64,000 nt of DNA from Lama glama (Eukaryota). The stretch spans positions 100,814,001 through 100,878,000 of the forward strand of contig CM052817.1 in assembly GCA_028534125.1 (NCBI GenBank), in the 5' to 3' direction. This document shows positions 37,901 through 49,100 of this stretch, piece by piece (the stretch's first letter is position 1; each line of letters opens with the position of its first letter). The translations under genes and the position numbers were made by a program. A model generated the notes under the pieces. The model was not told the origin of the DNA. It did not search any database and was given only the letters and a program-made list of their open reading frames with translations.

Positions 37901-40900
37901 AGAGCTCCTGAGAACCTCTGGCCAGGATATATTGAATTTTTTTTTTCAGAGGAAGGTAATTAGGTTTACTTATTTATTTATTATTTTGATGGAGGTACTG
38001 GGAGTTGAACCCAGGACCTCGTGCATGCTAGGCATGCACTCTACCACTGAGCTATACCCTCCCCTACGTGTGTTTTTGTTTTGTTTTATTTTATTTTGTT
38101 TTGTTTAGCCAGGAAATAATTGAGAGAGAGCTGTGAGAGTCATGCCTTATTATTTGAATAAGTCTGAGTAAGAGAGATTGGGCTGGAGCTTAAAACCCAC
38201 ATCTACAGTAAGCGTCACTGCTGGCAGAGTGGCTTTGGTTGGAACCATCAGTCTGCCCCGCTGGCATGCGCCAGAATCACCGGGAGGGCTTCTCACAAAC
38301 ACATGGCTGGGTAATGCCCCCAGAGCTTCTGATTTAGAAGGTCGAGATGGGGCCAAAAACTTTCACTTCTAACAAAGTGCTGATTCTGCTGGACTAGAGC
38401 CACACCTTGAGAACCATGGGTTTGAGTGTCCCAAACAATGTCGTGTAGTTGTGTTTAATTATTGGTCACACCTGTTGTCGTCCATGGCATTTACTGTGCA
38501 CAAACCACCAACCTGGTGGTTTTTAAGCTCCACCCAAGTCAGTTGCTTGAGGACATCTGATGCTGTGGTCTGGGGAACAGTATGTTTTAAAAGCTCCCTA
38601 GATGAGTCCATTAAGTAAGTACTCTGGGTTGGAAATTACTGAGTTAAGTCAAAATTCAATTGACTTTAATTTGTTGTGATTCATGGAGACAGTCCTTATT
38701 AGCTTTAAAGATGACTGGAGAATCCTTTCTACACAGAAAGAAGCCTTTGGGAGCAAAATTAATAGATGTATGCTGACTTCCAAATTGGAAAGAAAGAGTA
38801 AAACCGTCACTATTTGCAGATGACATGGTACTTTATATAGAAAACCCTAAAGTCTCCACCCAAAAGCTACTAGAATTAATAAATGAATTCAGCAAAGTTT
38901 CAAGATACAAGATGAATATACAGAAATCTTTTCCATTTTTATACACTAATAATGAACTATTAGAAGGAGAAAGTAAAAAAAAAAAATCCCATTTAAGATG
39001 GCATCAAAAAGAATAAAATACCTAGGAATAAACTTAACCAAGGAGGTGAAAGATCTATACTCTGAAAACTATAAAACACTGATGAAGGAAATTTAAGATG
39101 ATACAAAGAAATAGAAAGATAGGTCATGCTGTTGGATTGGAAGAATTAATATTGTTAAAATGATCATACTACCCAAAGCAATCTACAGATATATTGCAGT
39201 CCCTATCAAAACACCCATGATATTTTCCACACAACTAAAACAAATAATCCTAAAGTTCATATGGAAACACAAAAGACCCCTAATTTCCAAAGTAATCTTG
39301 AGAAAGAAGAAGAAAGCTGGAGGTATCATGCTCCCAGACTTTGGAATGTACTACAAAGCACAAGCAATCAGAACAGCATGATAGACACAGAGATCAATGC
39401 AACAGAACAGACTGCCGAGAAATAATCAATTAGCACGCCCAGTTACCATCAATTAATCTACAACAAAGGAGGCAAGGATATACAATGGAGAAAAGATAAT
39501 CCCTTCAATAAGTGATACTGGGAAAACTGGACAGTTATATGTAAAAGAATAGATTAGAACATTCTCTCATACCATATACAAAAATAAACTCAAAATGGTT
39601 TCAAGGCCTAAATATGAGACCTGAAACCATAAAACTCCCAGAAAAGAACAGAGACAGAACACTCTTCTAAATCATAGCAATATATTTTTAGATCTGTCCC
39701 CTAAGGCAAAAGAAATAAAAGCAAAACTAAACAAATGGGATCTAATCAAACTGAAAAGTTTTTGCAGAGCAAAAGAAACCATTGACAAAATGAAAAGATA
39801 ACCTATGGAATGGGAGAAAATATTTGCAAATGATATGACTGACAAGTGGTTAATATTCAAAATTTATAAACATTTCATACAACTCATCATCAAAAACAAA
39901 CAAAAACAATCAAAAAATGGGCAGAAGACCTGAATAGACATTTTTCCAAAAAAGACATACAAATGGCCAATAGGCACATGGAAAGATGTTCAACATTACT
40001 AATTAGAGAAATGCAAATCAGAACAATGAGATCACCTCACACCATCTTTTTTTTTTTTTCACATCATCTTCTTAATCTAGTTGCAACCCAAATGCCCATA
40101 AACAGACAACTGGATTAAGAAGTTTGCAACAACCAACCACACCTCCTCCTCTTTTCCATATAAAGGGAGCCTGAATTCTGACTTGGGTAAGATGGTTCTC
40201 CAGGACATTAGCCCTCCATCTTCTCAGTCTGCTGGCTTTCTGAATGAGGTCATTTCTCCTTGCTTGAACACCTCATGTCCTGATTTATTGGCCTGTCCTG
40301 AGGTGAGCAGAACAAGTTTGGACTCGGTAACACTATCAGATCAAAATGTGCCCCACAATGGGGCCCACAATGCTTGGATGCCTTTTTCATTTTAAACTTT
40401 TTATTTGGTATCTTTTTAGAGAAAGCTTGCTCATCTTTAACCAGACTTGCCCAGTCCCTAAGCTGTCTCTGGTTTTAAGTTACTCACCTGGGGAAGCTGC
40501 ACTTGTGACTATCTGAGTCCCTTTTCATACACTAGAATCCTATCCTGGCCGGTCAGTACCCGGCAGTTTAAAGGAATGTATGTATTTTATGACACAGAAG
40601 ATATATACACTTTTAACATTGAAAATTTCTTCCTACCATCCGTGGGATAATAGATACCAAAATACATTAAAATGAAAAAAGTTAGTAAGTGATAGAAAAG
40701 TATTCATGTTAGTGGTGGTAATAACTATTTTTATTATACTTCTACCACTCTTTTGAATAGCTAAGTTCAAAATTCCAGTGTGAAAGAGTAATGGGAAAAC
40801 GAGTTCCTCGGCACGCCCTGTCCCCTCCCTGGCTGGCTGGGTCAGCCTCCGTCTGGGTGGATAAATGAGGCTGGCGTTTGTGTGGGTCACGAAGACCTCC

Positions 40901-43900
40901 GTGCTGGCCGGGCCTCCTTGCTCGGATCAGCACAGGCTAAGCGTTGCCAGAGAGCCACTGCGGGACGGGGACAAACCAAAACAGAAGTGTTAGACGCATG
41001 CTTTTGATCATCAGAGAACAGGAAGGCAGGGAAAGGAGATGTGGGCGACCAGCTCAGTAGCTAATGCCCCTTGGCGGAGCTGCCAGAGAAATGGGCAGAA
41101 GGTGTAACCGAAAGTTCCCCAGCCAGCCTGCGGGGGCAGCAGAGAGCAAGAGTGTGTTTGTTGTTGGATGTAACCTTAACCGGAAGCTCAAGCAGGAGGC
41201 AGACAGAGAGAACAAAATTACGGTTACCAGCGGGTAAAGGGGGTGGGAAGGGATAAGGTGGGAGTTCAAAATTTGCACCTCTTGGAGAGTGATAGAATTG
41301 TTAGGTATCTTAATTATGCTGGTGGTTTCACAGGTGAATACATCTATCAGAATTCATCAAGTTATACGTCTGAACTATGTGGTTTACTGTACAGAAATTA
41401 TACCACAATTAAGTTGTTTAAAAAAAAAAAAGGAGGCAAGTTCCTGAGGTCTTCTAAGTGGCGTCTGCGGGGAGAAAATGGTGGGTTAGATTTTCTAGGG
41501 TCAGCAAAGCCCATTAGCAGGTCTGTAAGGCTGGCTTGGCTTCTGATACTCTTCTACCTTGAAAGAGAATCAATCCTGCCCTTCCAGCCGGGACCGTCTA
41601 ACAGGCTTCAGGTCCTCAGAATTTTAGTACTGCTGCTTGAGCGACTGGTGCGCTATTCTCACTCTCTTTTGTCAGCCTCTTTTCTGTGTTTATTACTATA
41701 ATCCCATGGGTTTTTTTCTCATTTAGTTTTTAATGTGATGAATTACATTAATAGATTCTCCAAAGTCGATCCCCTCTTGGATTCCTGGTTTTAGTCTACT
41801 TAACCACCAGGGTGTTGTTGTTGTTGTTTGGTTTCTTTAGTGATAATTCCTTAACTTGTTATTTCAATGATTGATCTGGGACTCAGCCTAAATATTCTTC
41901 TAATATTTGTTGACTGGCTACATAGCCAATATGTTTCTGGTCTTAGTGATGCATCAATATAGGGATGGCCCTGGCTTGACAAAAGATCACCATGATCATA
42001 AACAGAGTTACTAGGTAAAACACAGGACACATTTAAATTTGAACATCAGATAAACAACAAATAATTTTTTAGTATAAATATGTCCCATGCAATGTTTGTA
42101 AGTCTTCTACTTGCATTAAATTGCATGAGATGTACTTATACTAGAAAAGTTTTGTTTATTTGAAATTTACATTTAACTAAGTCCTTCCTATTACTTGCTA
42201 AATCTGACAATCTTAATCATAAACAAATGAATAAGCGTAATTTTTAGAAAAGAATAAACAAATTTTTAAATTAATAAACAATGTCTTCAGGGGAAAAAAA
42301 TAATGCCAGCAAACCCCAGTAATCACTGGGCTCCTGTTTCTGAAAACCGCAATGGGGTGGAGAAGCAGGAAATAATAAAGATGGTTTTAATTCATATAAA
42401 ACAAAGAAACAGAGAAAAAAATTCAAATTTCAAAACCAAACTCTTTCATTGGTTTTGTTTTAAGAAAAACGAGCAGGCCCTGCTCTGGTGGGTCCCTCTC
42501 CTTCCCCATCAGCTTCTTTAATTTCCCAGGAAAAGCTTTTGAGCTGTCCTCAGCACCTGAGGCAGATTTTCCTATTCGTTTTACTTTTTACATAAATTTG
42601 ATTTATTTTTCAAGTTTTCGAACCATCTTTTAAGGGCTTAAAACTTCATGTCTATGAGACTTCTATTCCTCTCCCCCTGCCCTTTTTTCCCCAAAAGTCT
42701 TCCCCAAAATGTTTGTAACAGCCTGGCTTTTCTGCGAATTGTCCAGCTGCCCAGTGCATATTTTCTGGATGCGAACTTCCCTCCCTAACCTGAGAGGAGG
42801 ATGAACAGAAGGTTTTCCTGGAACTACTCAGAGATGCAGCCATGTAACCCTCCCTACAGGAAGGGGAGCAAGAGCTGTTGCCCGTTTGATTTGAGGACCC
42901 AGAAGGGAACTCTTCATAAACAGATTTGAGATACTTAACATTTCAGAATAAAATAAAACTGCATTAACTAAAAATCATACTTATCCAGGTATCACCATAG
43001 TTTCATTGCATTATTCAAATGATTATAATTTCATTACAAATACAAGCAAGCTTTAGGCTGCAGGATAAATTTCATGTCATCATTTATTTGGTCAGTGAGT
43101 TTTGTGCCTATTAAGTACCAGGCACCACTCCAGGTTCTGGGACACAAAAGTGAATGAGTCCAGGTCCCAGCCTCCTTGGGAAGTGACTGCTAAGTAGGGT
43201 CAAATCAATAATCATATTATAGTTTCATAAAAGCCGTAAGGTGTCTGTGTACGGAATGTCATGAAGACATGAGAGAGGAAGGTATTCATCACATCTGAGG
43301 GGTGGAGGATTTGGGAAATCTTCATAGAGGAGGTGACCAATGAGTTGAATCTCAGGAGTTTGTCAAGCAAAGATGGCAGGGAAGGCATTATGGCTGAAGC
43401 ACAGATAAAGAAATTCTTGGGGGCCACAGAGCTTGGCACATTCAAGTACTTGAATTATAGGACATGTGGTGAGAAGTGTCCAGTAGGAAAGGAACTCAGG
43501 ACAAGCTTATAGGGGGCCTTGTAATGATGCCAAGGGGGTTGGACTCTATCAGAAGGAAATGACAAACCACTGAAGGGGTAAGTACAAGAGGAAAATAATT
43601 ACATTTTTGTTAGAGAACCATCTCTCTGGAGGCTATGTGAAACTGGGTTGGAGAGGAGACTAGGAAACTAGTTAAGAAGTTAGTGAAGTAACCTAGGTGA
43701 GAGCTAAGAAGGGTCTAAACTAGCAAGGAGCAGAGAAAGAGTTCTGATTTTGCCATGCGGAGCCCAAGGTCTCGGTGACATTTCCAAGGAGAAGAGATGG
43801 TGACAGTGCAGGTCTAGAGCTGGGCAGAGACAGCTGACCGGAGGTGATCTGGGGGGAGTCCTCAGCCAAGGGGTGAGATGGAAGCCTGGAAGGTGGGAGC

Positions 43901-46162
43901 CATGGCCCATAAGTGATGTAAGGAGCGAGAAAAGAAAAGATGCACATGAAAGGAGCAGGAGGAAGAGAATGTTTCACAACCAAACACTGGGAGGAACAGT
44001 CAGAGTCATAGGAGACCAAGAAGAAAACGGCACCATAAGACCTCAGGAAGAAGAGAGATTCAACAATTGATTAGCTATGTGAAGTGCTGCAGAGAAAACC
44101 GCAAGATAAAGACAGAAACGGGTCCTCTGGGTTCAGCTCTTAGGGGGCACTGGTGACTGGGACAGAGCAATTTGAGTGCTGCACTGACATGGTGGACAAA
44201 TCGCAGGGGGTGGTGAGAAATGAGGGGCAGAGTGAGAAAACGAAGGTGTGTTGACTATCAAAGAGGTTGAGAGCTCCAGAAAGGTCGGGAGTGGGCGAGA
44301 GCTGGCAGGGTCTGGGGAGAGCTGGACAGCAACTCACAGGCTCCCTCACTGTTTACTGTGAATGCATACCTACCAGAGAGAATTGACACTAATGTCACCC
44401 ATCACTATAATGGAAAAGAATCTAAAAATTTATATATATATATATATAGGTATAGCTGAATTGCTTTGCTGCACACCTGAAACTAACATTGTAAATCAAC
44501 TACACTTCAATAAAAAATTTTTTTTTAATTAATACAAAATAAATAAATAAAAATAGAAAAAACAGTCTTAGCTCAGGGTTGGAAAAAACAGGAAGATGAC
44601 TGAGTTTGGCCCATGAGCCTTAGTTTGCTGGCCCTGGGCTGCCATGTGTGTTTCTGTAAGAAACACAATGTTACAGACACAGCTGAAGCCCGGTCTCCGC
44701 CCCTCCTGGATCTCATGCCCCCTCACCCCACTCCCAGAGGTCTTGCTCTCCTAAAGTTCGCATGTATCCATCCCACACTTTGCAAATAGGTCTATGTCCC
44801 TAAGCATAATTTGGAGTGTTTTTAAAACTTTAACTGATTGTAACTATTCTGTGCATAGTAATCTTCAACTGGCTTTTTTTGGATGTTTGAGACTGATTTA
44901 TCTTGATACATTTGGCTGAAGATCTTTGAATTTACCTGCTTGATGAGATCTCATTCTGAGACTATACCAAGTTTCATGTATTTTTCTTTTGTTAATAAAT
45001 ATTTAGATTGTTTCTATTTCTTCCATTTTTACAAACAGTGCTACACTCAGCATTCTTGGCCGTGACTCTGCTGTACATTTATGAGTGATCTGGAGTAAAT
45101 ACTTGGTAGTGAATTGTTGGAGTTGTAGGATCTGAACATCTCAAGTTGACTAAATATTTCCAAGTTGTTCTCCAAAATGGTTGTATAGAAAAATTTCCTT
45201 TTCCAATAACCTTGTACAGTCAGTCACCTGAAAAATTCTCTCAATATGAAACACCTAGAAATGCTGGATGCAATGTAAGAAACAACTTCTTAAATATATA
45301 AAGAAATCACAAGAAAGCAAGGAAATCCCCAGGGCCCAGAAGATGTGGACAAAATAAAAATAAAAGCTTGCAGAGGAAATTTAAATTCAAAGCCATATCT
45401 GCCTATGGGGATTTTCCAGAGCCCCACAGGGATGTGAGAGGCTACGTGATGCTTTCAGATGCATCTACTGGGTCGAAAGTTAAAACTAAAACACCAGTTC
45501 GTGGTTTTAAAGAAATAAAGAAAAACAAAAAGCAGCTGCAATGATTTTGGCAAAGTTCAAAGTCAGGTGCTCTTCCCCTAGGCTGACCTCACCATCATTC
45601 CGACACTGTGGACCCCGGCCCACCGTCTGATTTTGAATTTGGTTTTGTCTACTTTCTCCTTGGCAGTCGCCTTGGTCTCTTTGGTTATCTGTTTCTGGTT
45701 ACCGACTTGATTCTGCTGGCTTGCACCTTGAATGAGGTTTGGCACCTCACACAACTCTTAGTGGCTGACCCTTGAGGTCTACCCACTCTGCATCCCAAAG
45801 CTGGGGTTTAAACCTGAGGTCCAAGCACCGGCTCTTCCCCAAGCCCAGAGTACAGCCCTGTCTGAGTTTCTTCCAAACTCTATTTTGTGGTGACAGGACT
45901 GAGGTTGTACTGGGGATGTATTTATAGTAGCTTAGTGATGGGCTCAGAAAAGGTGGGGTTCTATTAAACAGGGTGAGCCAGCCTCTGTGTGCCAGGCTTT
46001 GCCCTCAGTGCCCCCAAGATTTTTATTGTGAATGGGAGTTGATAGATACAACAAGCAACAAGATTAGAGCTAAACTTCAGATAAAGATGATCAAATGGAC
46101 AATAATGTTTAAAGGCAAAAAAAGGAATAAATAACATAAGGAAAAAAATAAAACCAATGCAC

Positions 46163-46196
<34 letters not shown>

Positions 46197-49100
46197 GTAT
46201 GTTCTAGAAATGAGAACAAAGATTTTCTAGAGATGAAAAATATAATAACTGAAATTAAAAGCCCCGTGGATGGGTTCAGCAGCAGGAGACACTAGGTTAT
46301 TGCACTAATCCACTCTCCAACCAGCAACACAGAGTTCCTGTTTCTCCACATCTTTGCCAACAGTTGAGGGCGGTGCAAACTATACACAGGTAGGCAAATT
46401 GCAGGTTGCATTGTTTCTTTCCAGAATTGAGCCCATCCCAGCCAAGATCCTTCCTCTTCTAGTTTCCTGGGTCTGCCTTTTAGATACAGAAGGACTTGAA
46501 GTCTCAGTATATCCCTCTCTGCCTTTTTTTTTTTTTTTTCCTTTGCCCTTGAGAGCTGTTAGGTGCTTGGGGTCAGTTCTCAGCAGGGCTGTCCCACAGT
46601 GACTCTGCCTGACAGAGGGCTGTGCTTTCTCTCCCTGGTTCCCACACCCCAAAGCCTCTTACCCAGTGACTTCAATGTTCTGTTTATCCTGCTCCTGGTC
46701 TTAACTATGCTAATCCTCAGATAAAACTCAGATTCTCATTTGCTCACTCAGTACCTTTCAGCCCCTCCCTTGTCTTCCGCAGGCCAAAGTTTAACCCAAC
46801 TCTACCATCCCTTTTCTTGCCAGCCAGTCCCTGATCCAATCAAACAAATACAGCTCCTTTTTAACATGTGGTAAGCTCAGAGCCCAGACAAGAGTTTATG
46901 TGATACACCTACGTAGTTGGAAAGGCACCAGAGACATATTTTTCCAAACCTGAAACTAGACAAAGCGTGGCAGAGCCTGAAAACCCAAAGGTTACAAAGT
47001 GTATTGTTAGAGCATGGACGCCAGAGACTGAATCTTACTTAGATCCATTAAGTAGCTGTGTGACCTTGGGCAAGTCACTTAACCTCTCTGTGCCTCAGTT
47101 TTCTCATCTATAAAACAGGAATAATATTATCCACTGTATAAGGTTTGTTATGAGAGTGAAATGACTTGGTATATGTAAAGTGTTCAGAACAGTGCCTGGC
47201 ATATATTGAACACTATCACCATTGTAATTATTACTGCTTGAAATTGGGACTGTCCCTGAAAATAGATGGCAGTCACATTCACTAAAATGAGAACAAGATT
47301 AGAAAGCACAGCTTCATTTATGCAACTAGTATTTTCTTCTATTCTTTCCCTCCTTTTCAAGGTTCATCTAGTAATTACATAGTCCTTACTCTTCTGAAAC
47401 AGCTCAGAAAATCTCCCTGTCCTCTCTGTAAACCCATTGTTGAACTCTGGCCGCTAAAATGGTTACAGCCTCCTTATTTCTGCTTCATGCTTTTTAAGCT
47501 CTTTTTTTCTACAGATCATTCTGCTTTTAGCAGCTAATAAGTCCCAGGCTTTTGGTATCTGGGAAGTTGCTTTTAGCTTCCTGATAGTGCTAAGCTGACA
47601 CACTGACAGGGTGCAGGGTAAGGAATGAGGTGGCCCTTGTTTCCACGGGCAGAATGTTGCCTTGAGTCTAAACTTTCTTAGCAACCTACACTGGCCAAGA
47701 TACCTGGGCCCAGAGCTTTTCTTTAACTATTCTCATCTGTTTGGTCAAAATCCTAGAAATTTCTCATTTCTCTCCTGGTGACTTCTAAGTAGATTGTTTC
47801 ACTTGGGATAGTAATCAATTCTGCATCAGTCTCTCTAACTACAGAAAGTGAAAAGATGCGGACTCGGCAGTAATGGTGCTGGTCTCAGGTAGGTATTAGA
47901 AAGTGTTGCCTGTTTGTAAAGCCTTGATTTGAGATAAAGCTGGAATATGCTTGCAAAGGAGAATCAGGTTGTTCCATAGATTGGATTCTTCTACCAAATA
48001 TCTCCAGGATATTTTTGGAAGAATTCAAAGAAATAAACACAAGTGTGATGTCTATAAACAAACTCACATCCTAAAGACTTAGGCAACCATTAGCTCAAAA
48101 GGTTATACTTTAATTTTACAGTATATATTCAGTCTTTAATTTAGAATAGCTTTTCCCTTGACTAATCTCAAAGTAATAAACTTTGATCATACAGCAGTTT
48201 GCAAGTGGGCATCTTTGCATTTTCAGGCCCTGAGATAGGAGTCAGGACTCAGTAAGCATGAGGGATGATCTGGATAATTCCTGCACTCTCCTGAAACGCA
48301 GCTTTTCATCTTTTGCGTCTCCTGACATCCCAGCATTACCTGCTTTCAGGAGCTCATCAGTTTTTAATGATCAGCCTCACATCCACCCTAGGATGATTTT
48401 AGTGTTTATCAACAATTATTGAGTTCCTGTGGGGGAAGATATAGCTCAGTGGTAGACTGTGTGCTTAGCATGTACGAGGTCCTGGGTTCAATCCCCAGTA
48501 CCTCCATTAAAACAGACAAACAAACAAACAAATAAATGTAATTATCCCCTCCTCAAAAAAGAATTTAAAAAATTATTGAGTTCCAAATGTATGCTGACCC
48601 CTTACAAGATTTGGGGAAATCACAGATGAACGAAAGAGGATTTTCCTTTCCTTGGAGGTGCTCACAGCCTGGTGGAAGATACAGACATAGACACAGTTGT
48701 GATTCGAAGCAGCTAGCTATGTTTACAGAAGTGTAGGTCTATAAGGGCATAATAGGCAGGGTGCCAGGGAAAGGGCAGTGAGACACCAGGGAGGAGGGAA
48801 CATTCAGTCTGAGCCTTTTAAGGTTACATAGGAGTCCACTCAGTAGGAAAAAGGAGAACTTGTTCTCAGTGTGGCAAGAGCCACAGAGGCCTGGAGCACA
48901 CGATCCTTTCAGCCTGACTGAGGGGCTGTGGCTGGGGAGCAGGAAGGAGATGCTGTGGAAAGGAGACTGGAAGGTCCAAGGGGCATAAATGAAGAGCAAC
49001 CGGAACTCTTTAAGTTGAAGAGTCACTGATCAGATACAGGCCTCATAGGAAGAACTTTTACAAAGTCTTTTCAGGTGGTCCTTTTGCATCTCCTGGATTG

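Noticed and set aside
38780..40045. Reverse-transcriptase coding sequence as a functional or domesticated gene
   Set aside because: Fragmented by stops and frameshifts and truncated at both ends. An ordinary dead L1.
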